From NCBI GenBank assembly GCA_002788855.1, contig PFSB01000009.1:1-59857 (forward strand): a DNA stretch of 59,857 nucleotides, written 5' to 3'. A model generated the notes under the pieces. That model saw nothing but the letters and a program-made list of their open reading frames with translations, did not search any database and was not told the DNA's origin. Position 1 is the first letter of the stretch. Each line of letters begins with the position of its first letter. Position numbers and translations under genes: made by a program. Source of the DNA: Candidatus Roizmanbacteria bacterium CG_4_9_14_0_2_um_filter_38_17. GTDB taxonomy: Bacteria; Patescibacteriota; Microgenomatia; GCA-00278855. Shown here piece by piece: positions 7,922 to 16,571 of this stretch.

Positions 7922-8905
7922 CTAATCTGTAAACTCTTGGACAAACATTTTGCCATAGATGCCTCCATCAATAACTCCAATACCTATTTTTCCGTAGTCC
8001 GGGGATAGAATATTAGCTTTGTGTCCGGGCGAATTCATCAACCCTTGATGAGCTAGAGTGACGGTTGGGGCTAGGGCTAGATTTTCTCCAGCAGCAAGAT
8101 AATTTATGCCGGCATTCTTCATGCGGTCAAATGGTGATTCCTCTTCCGGGTTGTAGTGGGAAAAATAGCCACGAGCAAACATATCTTTGGAATACTCTCT
8201 AGCTAGGTCTTGTAGTCTGCCTTGGGCAAATTCCAGAGGAGCAATACCTCTCTCGGTTCGTTCTTGATTTATTAGTTCAAACATTTTGCGCTCTGAAGCT
8301 TCGTCAATTGATACTTCGGTTTGAGTAAAGTGTAGCTCGACTGTCTCTTCAGAAGTTGGTTGAACTGTAAGGAAGGTCAGTGTTTCTTCAACAGCGCTGC
8401 CAAATACAGTATTGAGCTGTTTTTCAATACCTTGGGTATTTCGTACAAGTGGTCCACCAAGTTTGGAGATTAAGATGGTGTTCTTAATTGACCCTTGAAT
8501 GGGTAAAGTGATAAACAGTGTGAGTATAAAGGCAGTGATAATAACCGTATTGGTGATGGCAGGCAGGACCCCTAAAACTTTAACTGTTTGATTGGCTCTC
8601 CACTCAAATGGAATCAATACGACTAATCTACGCAATGTGAGCGAGAGGATAAGCTCTGTGGCAAATCCCACAAATAGGAATCCGAGAGCATGAGCTATTC
8701 CAAGTGGTAAATTAAAGTTAATTTGCAACAATACAGCTGCTAAATCATACAGCTGAATGGCGGTAAAAAATGAGAAGGTAAAACTAAGTAGGTCTAATAG
8801 GCCTAGTATTAGGCCTCTTCTCACTCCATCGAGTATATATATAGTAAGAACAGCGATGATTATTAAATCAACCCAGTTGCCATTCAGTGTTAGTGGTGTT
8901 TGCAT
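7922..8905 (-). CDS. Membrane protein: CvpA-like N-terminal domain fused to a CAP/SCP (YkwD-like) extracellular domain
   Basis: The N-terminal ~150 aa are multi-pass hydrophobic. The C-terminal part reads YSKDMFARGYFSHYNP...AGENLA...LMNSPGHKANIL, typical of bacterial CAP/SCP domains. Confidence 0.6.
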   Translation of the reverse strand: MQTPLTLNGNWVDLIIIAVLTIYILDGVRRGLILGLLDLLSFTFSFFTAIQLYDLAAVLLQINFNLPLGIAHALGFLFVGFATELILSLTLRRLVVLIPFEWRANQTVKVLGVLPAITNTVIITAFILTLFITLPIQGSIKNTILISKLGGPLVRNTQGIEKQLNTVFGSAVEETLTFLTVQPTSEETVELHFTQTEVSIDEASERKMFELINQERTERGIAPLEFAQGRLQDLAREYSKDMFARGYFSHYNPEEESPFDRMKNAGINYLAAGENLALAPTVTLAHQGLMNSPGHKANILSPDYGKIGIGVIDGGIYGKMFVQEFTD

Positions 8906-11143
8906 GCTAAAATTAGAAATATACTAATGAAACAATTCAAGTTTAATTTTAGCATCTTTAGGAAGCTAAATAAAAAGTTTCGTATCTACATCATCTTGGC
9001 TGTAGTAATTATGGTGGCGATAAGCGTAGTATTGTACACCTGGATTTTAAAAGACCTACCTTCACCTTCTGATCTTTATTCATATGACCTGCCACAAACT
9101 ACCAAGATTTATGACCGCAAAGGAGAGCTGTTATTTAAGATCTTTACAGATCAGGACCGGACAGTTGTACCATTAGAACAGATCCCTTTATACTTACAGC
9201 AAGCCACAATTTCTATTGAAGACAAAGATTTTTATCATCACCCAGGAATAAATCCAGTTGGTGGAATTTTGCGTGCGGCAAGTTCGAGTATTACTAAAGG
9301 TAGGTTAGAAGGTGGGTCAACCATAACTCAGCAATTGATGAAAAATACGTTGCTTACTCCTGAACGTACCATTACTCGCAAGCTTAAAGAAATAGCTCTG
9401 TCTCTATGGGCAGAAGTGCTATATTCTAAAGAAGAAATACTGGAGATGTATTTGAACACAGTCCCATATGGAGGAACGGCTTGGGGTGTTGAGTCAGCAG
9501 CTAAGCGCTATTACAATAAAAAGGTTGCTGATTTAACGCTTGGAGAATCAGCACTACTGGCAGGTTTGCCGGTTGCTCCAACAAGGGTGTCTCCTTTTGG
9601 GAACAATCCTGAACTAGCACGTGATCGTCAAAAACTAGTGTTGAATCGCATGGTAGAGGAAGGTTACATTACAGAAGAAGAAGCGGATAAAGCTAAGGCA
9701 GAAGAGATAAAATTTGCAGAGAATCGTACAGGTATTAGGGCTCCACATTTTGTGATGTTTGTGAGGGAAAAGTTAGCTGAGAAATATGGAGAGCAAGTAA
9801 TAGAAAAAGCCGGAATTAGCGTTACCACAACGTTGGATTTATCTATTCAGGAGATGGCAGAAGAAATTGTTGCTTCAGAAGTGGCTGATATTGCCAAGTA
9901 CGACGTAGGTAATGGAGCTGCGCTAGTAACACGCCCAGCAACTGGTGAAATATTAGCCATGGTGGGTTCGAGTGATTATTTAGCTAGTGATTCAGGTAGG
10001 TTTAATGTAACTACAGCACTTCGTCAACCAGGATCATCAATTAAGCCCATTATGTATGCAACTGGAATTGAGACAAGAAAACTAACAGCAGCTTCTCCCA
10101 TTCATGATGAGCCAACTTGTTTTACGGTACCCAACCAAGAGGTGTATTGTCCACAGAACTATGATGGACAGTTTCATGGCATAACATATACCAGGTTTGC
10201 TCTAGCCAATTCATATAATATTCCAGCTGTTAAATCTCTATATCATATAGGTTTGGAAACAATGATAGCTACAGCGTCTGCGATGGGCATAGATACATTT
10301 AAGGATACATCGCGTTATGGTTTATCCCTAACCCTTGGTGGTGGAGAAGTTACTATGATAGACATGGCTGAAGCATTTGGAGTGTTTTCTAACGGAGGAA
10401 TAAAAAAAGACTTAATTTATGTTTTAAGAGTTAAAGACAATAAAGGAGAAATAATATATGAACAAGATAAAGAGAGCTTAAATGTAGTTTCTCAACTAGA
10501 AATTGTTGGAAAAAGAGTGCTGTCTCGTGAAACGGCTTTTATAATTTCTCATATTCTATATGATAATGGTGCACGCTCTTCTGCTTTTGGCTCTAACTCC
10601 GAGTTGGTAGTACGTGGTCATCCTGAAGTATCTGTTAAAACTGGAACGACGAATGATTTAAGAGATAACTGGACCATTGGTTATAATCAAGATTATTTAG
10701 TAGCAGCTTGGGTTGGTAATAATGATAATTCTCCAATGAATCGAAATGTAGTTTCAGGAGTTACAGGTGCGGCTCCTATATGGAATGAGATTATGACGAA
10801 TTTGCTTGTAGACAGTAAGCAAACTTGGCCTGCAATACCTAGTGGTGTAATTGGCCGAAGTATTTGCACTCTGTCTTCAAACTTACCCTCTAGTGAAGGG
10901 GAAACCTGCCCAACGCGGTTTGAGTATTTTATAAAAGGAACAGAGCCTACTGATGTGGAAAATCTGCGCCGAGTTGTAAATATAGATAAGACAACAGGTA
11001 GATTAGCAACAAGTGATACACCTTCCGAGAATATTGAGCAGCAGGAAAAAAGTATAGTTTACGATATAACAGGTAAACCGTATTGTGTAGATTGTCCTCC
11101 GCCAGAGTCTCCAACTATTCTTACAGAAAAAGCACCAGAATAA
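8900..11143 (+). CDS. Class A penicillin-binding protein (GT51 transglycosylase + transpeptidase), paralog 1
   Basis: GT51 motifs EDKDFYHHPGINP and GGSTITQQLMKN. Transpeptidase motifs SSIKP (SxxK), SYN and KTGTTND. The true start may be the ATG at 8927. Confidence 0.9.
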   Translation: MHAKIRNILMKQFKFNFSIFRKLNKKFRIYIILAVVIMVAISVVLYTWILKDLPSPSDLYSYDLPQTTKIYDRKGELLFKIFTDQDRTVVPLEQIPLYLQQATISIEDKDFYHHPGINPVGGILRAASSSITKGRLEGGSTITQQLMKNTLLTPERTITRKLKEIALSLWAEVLYSKEEILEMYLNTVPYGGTAWGVESAAKRYYNKKVADLTLGESALLAGLPVAPTRVSPFGNNPELARDRQKLVLNRMVEEGYITEEEADKAKAEEIKFAENRTGIRAPHFVMFVREKLAEKYGEQVIEKAGISVTTTLDLSIQEMAEEIVASEVADIAKYDVGNGAALVTRPATGEILAMVGSSDYLASDSGRFNVTTALRQPGSSIKPIMYATGIETRKLTAASPIHDEPTCFTVPNQEVYCPQNYDGQFHGITYTRFALANSYNIPAVKSLYHIGLETMIATASAMGIDTFKDTSRYGLSLTLGGGEVTMIDMAEAFGVFSNGGIKKDLIYVLRVKDNKGEIIYEQDKESLNVVSQLEIVGKRVLSRETAFIISHILYDNGARSSAFGSNSELVVRGHPEVSVKTGTTNDLRDNWTIGYNQDYLVAAWVGNNDNSPMNRNVVSGVTGAAPIWNEIMTNLLVDSKQTWPAIPSGVIGRSICTLSSNLPSSEGETCPTRFEYFIKGTEPTDVENLRRVVNIDKTTGRLATSDTPSENIEQQEKSIVYDITGKPYCVDCPPPESPTILTEKAPE

Positions 11144-11199
11144 GTATCCTATAATTCATGGTAGAATACCCTTAATTCTTTTGTCCAGATATTACTCTA

Positions 11200-13365
11200 A
11201 TGGATGTGTTGTGGAAAATAACATATAGATTGCTCTATTTATTGGCGTACGCTCTAATATTAATTGGAGGAGTAGTGCGCAGGATTATAGATTTAGTTTT
11301 TAGACCTATAAGATATATTGGTATGCTGCTTTTGCAGCTATTCTATTTTAAGAAAAAAAAGAAACCTAAAATAGAAAGAACCAGATTGGTTTTGAGTTTT
11401 CAGTCGCTAAGGTGGTTTGTATTGGGAGTTATATTTACTATGTTATTTGTGGGAGTGCCGTTTATAGTTGTGAGTTGGTTACGCCAACTACCCGATCCAC
11501 ATACGTTATCTCAGATGAAGCTTCCAGCTACAACAAAGTTCTATGATAGTAATGGTAAATTGTTATATGAGCTCTATGCTGACATAGATAGGCGTCCGGT
11601 AGCTTTAGACAAGATTCCTCAAGATATTGTTAATGCAACAATTGCGGTAGAAGACCAGGAGTTTTACCATCATTTGGGTTTTTCACTCCGAGGAATGTTT
11701 CGAGCAGCTAGAGAGATTATTCTTAATAAGAAATTACAAGGAGGCTCAACAATAACTCAGCAGCTGATTAAAAATACATTACTTACACCTGAAACAACTA
11801 TCTCGCGTAAATTAAAAGAAGTTGTGATTGCCTCGTGGGCAGAGATTATCTACTCTAAGGATGAGATATTGTCGATGTATCTAAATAATGTCCCATACGG
11901 AGGAACAGCCTGGGGAATAAGAGCGGCTTCAGAAAAATATTTTGGTACAGATGTTACTGAGCTGACACTTGCTCAATCAGCGCTATTGGCGGGTCTACCT
12001 GCTGCCCCAACTACCTATTCCCCCTTTGGTGCCAATCCAGAGCTTGCAAAGAAGCGCCAGGAACTTGTTCTTTCCCAGATGTTTCAAATGGGATATATAA
12101 CTGAACAAGAGCGCGAGAGAGCTAAGCAAGAACAGTTAAACTTTACACAACCAGGTAACACAATAAGTGCACCGCATTTTGTTATGTATACAAAACAAGT
12201 ATTAGACGATCTACTTGGTCCTCGTATTGTAGAGCAAGGAGGTCTGCAAATCACTACTACTTTAGATCTAGATCTGCAAAATGTTGCGCAAGAGATAGTT
12301 CAAGAAGAACTAGCAAAACTTGCTCGTTTAAATGTAGGAAATGCTGCTGTTTTAGTAACAAAGCCAGAGACGGGTGAAATTGTAGCAATGGTTGGATCGC
12401 GTGATTACTATGATGAATTAAATGATGGAAATGTTAATATAACAACATCGTTGCAGCAACCAGGGTCATCAATTAAGCCGATAAACTACGTTGCAGCACT
12501 GCAAAATGGAATGACTGCAGCTACATTAATTAACGATAGCCCAATTAGCTATGTTCAACCAAATGGAAAAGTATATAGTCCAGTTAACTATGATGGCCGT
12601 TTTCATGGAATTGTGCCTCTACGTTGGGCTCTAGCTAATTCATACAACATTCCTGCAGTTAAAGTCTTAGACAAAATTGGAGTGTCTTCCATGGTTGAAC
12701 AAGGACAAGCTATGGGGATAGATAGCTGGGAAGATAGTTCGCGCTTTGGCTTATCTTTAACATTGGGTGGTGGAGAAGTTACGATGTTGGATATGGCCGA
12801 AGCTTATGGAGTATTTGCAAATGGGGGTAAATTAATGGAGCTGTTACCAGTATTAGAGATTGAAGATTTTCAAGGAAAATCTCTTGATGATTTTGCAATT
12901 GATCGTAAACAAGAGCAGGTAATTCCTGAAGGTGCAGCTTTTATAATCTCTGATATCTTGGCAGATAACGCGTCTCGAAGCCGTGCATTTGGTGTTAATT
13001 CACTACTACATATTCCAGGTAAATATGTGTCCGTTAAAACAGGGACCTCTAATGAAAAAAGAGATAACTGGACAGTTGGATATACCAAAGATTTTGTAGT
13101 AGTGGTCTGGGTAGGTAATAATGATAACTCACCCATGCATCCCACTTTAACCTCAGGTATTACGGGCGCAACACCAATCTGGCGTCGTGTTATGGACTAT
13201 CTTTTGGAAGACAGAGAAGCTTTACCTCCAGCCCAACCTGATGATGTAGTGAGAATTCCTTGCTATGGAAGGTATGAATACTTCATCAAAGGAACAGCAC
13301 CTGTGCGTGGTTGTGGTATTTGGCCAAAATTCAGTCCCTCATCCTCTCCCACCCCAACACAATAA
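11200..13365 (+). CDS. Class A penicillin-binding protein, paralog 2
   Basis: EDQEFYHHLGFS, GGSTITQQLIKN, SSIKP, SYN, KTGTSNE. Colinear with the upstream paralog over its full length. Confidence 0.9.
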   Translation: MDVLWKITYRLLYLLAYALILIGGVVRRIIDLVFRPIRYIGMLLLQLFYFKKKKKPKIERTRLVLSFQSLRWFVLGVIFTMLFVGVPFIVVSWLRQLPDPHTLSQMKLPATTKFYDSNGKLLYELYADIDRRPVALDKIPQDIVNATIAVEDQEFYHHLGFSLRGMFRAAREIILNKKLQGGSTITQQLIKNTLLTPETTISRKLKEVVIASWAEIIYSKDEILSMYLNNVPYGGTAWGIRAASEKYFGTDVTELTLAQSALLAGLPAAPTTYSPFGANPELAKKRQELVLSQMFQMGYITEQERERAKQEQLNFTQPGNTISAPHFVMYTKQVLDDLLGPRIVEQGGLQITTTLDLDLQNVAQEIVQEELAKLARLNVGNAAVLVTKPETGEIVAMVGSRDYYDELNDGNVNITTSLQQPGSSIKPINYVAALQNGMTAATLINDSPISYVQPNGKVYSPVNYDGRFHGIVPLRWALANSYNIPAVKVLDKIGVSSMVEQGQAMGIDSWEDSSRFGLSLTLGGGEVTMLDMAEAYGVFANGGKLMELLPVLEIEDFQGKSLDDFAIDRKQEQVIPEGAAFIISDILADNASRSRAFGVNSLLHIPGKYVSVKTGTSNEKRDNWTVGYTKDFVVVVWVGNNDNSPMHPTLTSGITGATPIWRRVMDYLLEDREALPPAQPDDVVRIPCYGRYEYFIKGTAPVRGCGIWPKFSPSSSPTPTQ

Positions 13366-13369
13366 AAAT

Positions 13370-13397
13370 AACCTCAAAAGGTCTGACCTTGCGAGTT
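13370..13397. repeat. Family A REP palindrome (A1)
   Basis: AACCTCAAAAGGTCTGACCTTGCGAGTT, an imperfect palindrome around GGTC-T-GACC. Confidence 0.8.
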
Positions 13398-13419
13398 TAA
13401 ATATGATATACTAGGTAAA

Positions 13420-14112
13420 ATGCCTTCTAAGAATCGTGTTAAACAGTACGTAACTGATAGCATCTATCACTGTTATAACCGTGGGGTTGAAAAGAGGATA
13501 ATATTTCTGGAAAAGGTAGACTATTTAGTGTTTTTAAGCTATTTAAAAGAGTATCTATCGCCAATAGATAAAAGGGGTATCCAAAATCAACTGTCTGATC
13601 TGAATATTGACTACAAGAAGCGAGAAAAGCTAGTTCGACAACTGGAGATAAAAAATTACGCAGACAGAGTTTCACTATTAGCATATTGCTTGATGCCAAA
13701 TCATTTCCATCTATTACTATATCAAACAGACGGTAAGGCTATACAGGAATTTATGCAGTCACTTATGACTCGTTTTACAATGTATATTAACAAGAAATAC
13801 AATCGAGTAGGACCTTTGTTTCAGGGAGTATATAAAGGAGTATTAGTTATAAGTGATGAACAATTAGTTCATCTCTCTTACTACATTCACGCACAAGCTA
13901 TATTGAACTCAAAAGGTCAGACCTTGCGAGTTCAAAAACCAAGTTCTTTGCCGAATTACTTGGGACAAATAAACCAGTTATGGGTAAAACCAGAGCGTAT
14001 ACTTAGTTGGTTTGATCAAGGTAGCTCAGGAGACATGTATAGTAGTTATCAGGAGTTTATGTCTCTTCCAACTAATAAAGTGGCGCTAATTTCTGAATTA
14101 CTGCTAGAATAA
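13420..14112 (+). CDS. REP-associated tyrosine transposase-like protein (IS200/IS605 Y1 HUH family), RAYT-1
   Basis: 230 aa. N-terminal YHCYNRGVEK, HUH motif MPNHFHLLLYQ, GPLFQGVYK, and a catalytic-Tyr region LSYYIHAQ. Flanked by family A palindromes. Confidence 0.8.
   Translation: MPSKNRVKQYVTDSIYHCYNRGVEKRIIFLEKVDYLVFLSYLKEYLSPIDKRGIQNQLSDLNIDYKKREKLVRQLEIKNYADRVSLLAYCLMPNHFHLLLYQTDGKAIQEFMQSLMTRFTMYINKKYNRVGPLFQGVYKGVLVISDEQLVHLSYYIHAQAILNSKGQTLRVQKPSSLPNYLGQINQLWVKPERILSWFDQGSSGDMYSSYQEFMSLPTNKVALISELLLE
13906..13932. repeat. Family A REP palindrome (A2) located inside the RAYT-1 coding sequence
   Basis: AACTCAAAAGGTCAGACCTTGCGAGTT. Read in frame it gives ...LNSKGQTLRVQ... Confidence 0.8.
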
Positions 14113-14138
14113 ACTCAAAAGGTCTGACCTTTTGAGTT
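14112..14138. repeat. Family A REP palindrome (A3)
   Basis: AACTCAAAAGGTCTGACCTTTTGAGTT, a perfect 13-1-13 palindrome that overlaps the last base of the RAYT-1 stop codon. Confidence 0.85.
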
Positions 14139-14196
14139 CAAATTTAATGTTTTACGTCAAAAAGAAGAAAAATAAATTGAACAGAGATAAAAAAAG

Positions 14197-14634
14197 CTAA
14201 AAATTTGCAATTATTGTAACCAAATCATCATCGCTTAAACTTTTATCGTTTGTAAAAATTTGTATTGTACTTTCGAATTTATCATAAAAGATTTGGTCAT
14301 ATTCTGGGCTTGCGCCTTCTCTTTGAAAATAGCAAATTTCAGCATTAACAACAGTCTTGGTTGGACCATTACATGACCAGTCAAACTTATTCATTTGTGT
14401 TATTTGGATTTCCTTATCACCTTTCTCGAGTTTAGAAATAAAAATCTCTCCATCTTCTGTTTGTTGTTTCTGGTAGTTCTTAGTGAGTACATAGCCCTTT
14501 GGTACATATTCTGGTGGGTTAAGTCTATACAGAATGCCTTCTGTAACATCTGGCAGGCCCATATAAAGGGCAAACAGACCGAAAGCTATCCCCACAATTC
14601 CTATTAATAAATTTCTCTTCTTAGCCATGATCAA
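14197..14634 (-). CDS. Hypothetical N-terminally membrane-anchored protein
   Basis: 145 aa with a single N-terminal hydrophobic helix LLIGIVGIAFGLFALYMGL. No recognisable motif. Confidence 0.5.
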   Translation of the reverse strand: MIMAKKRNLLIGIVGIAFGLFALYMGLPDVTEGILYRLNPPEYVPKGYVLTKNYQKQQTEDGEIFISKLEKGDKEIQITQMNKFDWSCNGPTKTVVNAEICYFQREGASPEYDQIFYDKFESTIQIFTNDKSLSDDDLVTIIANF

Positions 14635-14702
14635 TATTGCAGTCTTCTAAACTATCTTTAGTATTTTTTAATTATTTGAAAATGTCAAGCTGTGCATTAA
14701 TT

Positions 14703-14729
14703 AGCTCAGAAGGTCAGACCTTTTGAGCT
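14703..14729. repeat. Family A REP palindrome (A4)
   Basis: AGCTCAGAAGGTCAGACCTTTTGAGCT. Confidence 0.75.
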
Positions 14730-14744
14730 AATATTCGAGTTGAG

Positions 14745-14773
14745 CTTAACCTTATATTCGCTTACTTTGTTAA
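14745..14773 (+). repeat. Solo tail of a family C element (C3)
   Basis: CTTAACCTTATATTCGCTTACTTTGTTAA nearly equals the tail of C1 (CCTTATACTCGCTTACTTTGTTAA) but lacks the long hairpin. Confidence 0.6.
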
Positions 14774-14824
14774 GTTGTGGTTTTGACAATGTGAACCTAA
14801 AATGTTAAACCTAAGGTAGAAGAT

Positions 14825-15491
14825 ATGAGCGTTATAAGGAGGCTATTTTTATTGATTATACTTATTATTCTTGCATCCGGGGCAACGGCTGCATATTTTA
14901 GTGATCAAGAAACTAGCTCAAATAATAAAGTTACAGCTGGTACACTAGAAATTGGTACTCCGGTGGATATTGATTTTAATGTGAGCGGGGCTGTTCCGGG
15001 TGATGTCTTTACAGGAGACCAGAATCCATATGATATAGGTAATGAAGGCAGCGTGGATGCGGATCATGTTGAGATTACCGTTACCAATACTGTTACCGAT
15101 GTTAGATAGTAATGCTGATCCAGATATCGACGAAGAGATAATTGTGGACAAGTTATTATATGGTTCTTTTGATGTCAAAGCAGCTATAACGGGAAATTCA
15201 GGTGCAACCAGTTATGAAAGTGGTGGATATGGGATAAGATTGGAGAATGGGAGTTTATTGGGTTTGTTATTGGATGCAGGTGGCAATATTACACTTAACC
15301 GCTGGGAGTCATATGTTCTTGAGATCTATGATGTTGCTTCAGTTGACTTAGTTCCCGATGGATTAGCCGGAACAACGTCTGCTAATTTTGATGTAGACTT
15401 GAAGCTTGATGAGACGGCGGGAAATGAATATCAAGGTGATAGTCTAAACATTACATTTAGTTTTACATTAAACCAGCATTCAAGCCAGTAA
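14825..15491 (+). pseudogene. TasA/camelysin-like secreted protein with a SipW-cognate signal, split by a frameshift near 15095-15109 (a true pseudogene or an assembly error)
   Basis: ORF 14825..15109 carries the signal and the motif GATAAYFSDQETSSNNKVTAGTLEIG. ORF 15042..15491, in another frame, carries the C-terminal family motif DETAGNEYQGDSLNITFSFTLNQ. Joined, they give ~220 aa, the normal size for this family. Confidence 0.65.
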
Positions 15492-16567
15492 TGATTAAAA
15501 CATGGAAGATTGTTGTAGTTGGTAGCAAATGGTGCTTAACGGTGTTGGTTGTAGCTGCGACAATTCTTTTGATTATTACCACATTTCATGCTTCACCAAA
15601 ATACAGACTACTAGCGGTTAAATCTGGTTCAATGCAGCCTGCTATCCACGAAGGTAGCTTAATTCTTACAGAAAAGAAAGATATTTATTCGATTGGCGAT
15701 GTTATTGCGTATAAATTAGACAAGGAAGTGGTAACGCATCGAATCTTTGCATATCATAATACAGCTTCGGGTGAGAGATATATTACCAAGGGAGATGCCA
15801 ATAATGTAGCGGATCCAAATCCAGTTAATTATCCTAATATTCTAGGAAGACAGATTAAACAGATTCCATGGTTGGGTTATCTGGTTTCTTTCACAAAGCA
15901 ACCTCTCGGTTTTATTCTGCTTATTATTATTCCATCGACAGTTATTGTCTATCAGGAACTGGTTGGTTTAAAACAGCACTTGTTTAAGAAGAAAATAGCG
16001 CATTTAGCCATCGCTTGTGTAATTGTGTTAGGTTTACATAGTGAGTTAACTAATTCATATTTTGCAGAATCAGCAAGTAGTAGTAACAATTTAATTGCGG
16101 CAGCTAGTTCATTTAGTTCGAGCTTGGACGTAGGTAATCTATCTATTAAGGTTTATTTTTGTCCAATAGGAACAAGTATTGGAGTGGATCAACAATCTGA
16201 TTCTAATGGGAATGCAACTATACCAGATAGTTGTAGCGAGGCTGGTAGTAATATTCACTTTAGAGCCACTAACAATGTAGCTGATGGCGATGATTCCCCG
16301 CCCGATGACGATGAATTTGATGTTTTTGATTACAGTACCGATGCTAGTGGGACAATATCTATCTTGGATTATGGATTGGGCACTTTGGGTGTTGCTGAAT
16401 TTCCTGTGGATGGAGATAGGCTTGCTGACTTTATGCTTCTAGGTTTCTTATGCAGTAATAGCGCTGGTGATTATGATAATAATTATGAACTAGCTACAAT
16501 CAATGTAGGATCAACAACATATTGTAATGCATATAATCTATCGTTTGGAGGAGGTTCTCCATTTTAG
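15491..16567 (+). CDS. SipW/ER-type signal peptidase I with a ~170-aa C-terminal extension
   Basis: An N-terminal TM helix, then catalytic motifs KSGSMQPAIHEGS, VTHRI and KGDANNVADP, and a second TM helix. This is followed by a KKKIAH-hydrophobic-SYFAESASSSNNLIAAAS segment and a Cys-containing, acidic domain. Confidence 0.8.
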   Translation: MIKTWKIVVVGSKWCLTVLVVAATILLIITTFHASPKYRLLAVKSGSMQPAIHEGSLILTEKKDIYSIGDVIAYKLDKEVVTHRIFAYHNTASGERYITKGDANNVADPNPVNYPNILGRQIKQIPWLGYLVSFTKQPLGFILLIIIPSTVIVYQELVGLKQHLFKKKIAHLAIACVIVLGLHSELTNSYFAESASSSNNLIAAASSFSSSLDVGNLSIKVYFCPIGTSIGVDQQSDSNGNATIPDSCSEAGSNIHFRATNNVADGDDSPPDDDEFDVFDYSTDASGTISILDYGLGTLGVAEFPVDGDRLADFMLLGFLCSNSAGDYDNNYELATINVGSTTYCNAYNLSFGGGSPF

Positions 16568-16571
16568 AATT

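Larger units (their letters stand above)
13370..14138 (+). mobile_element. REP-RAYT unit 1: RAYT gene bracketed by family A palindromes
   Basis: Family A palindromes lie at 13370-13397 and 14112-14138, immediately flanking the CDS. A third copy lies inside the CDS and a fourth at 14703. Confidence 0.7.
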
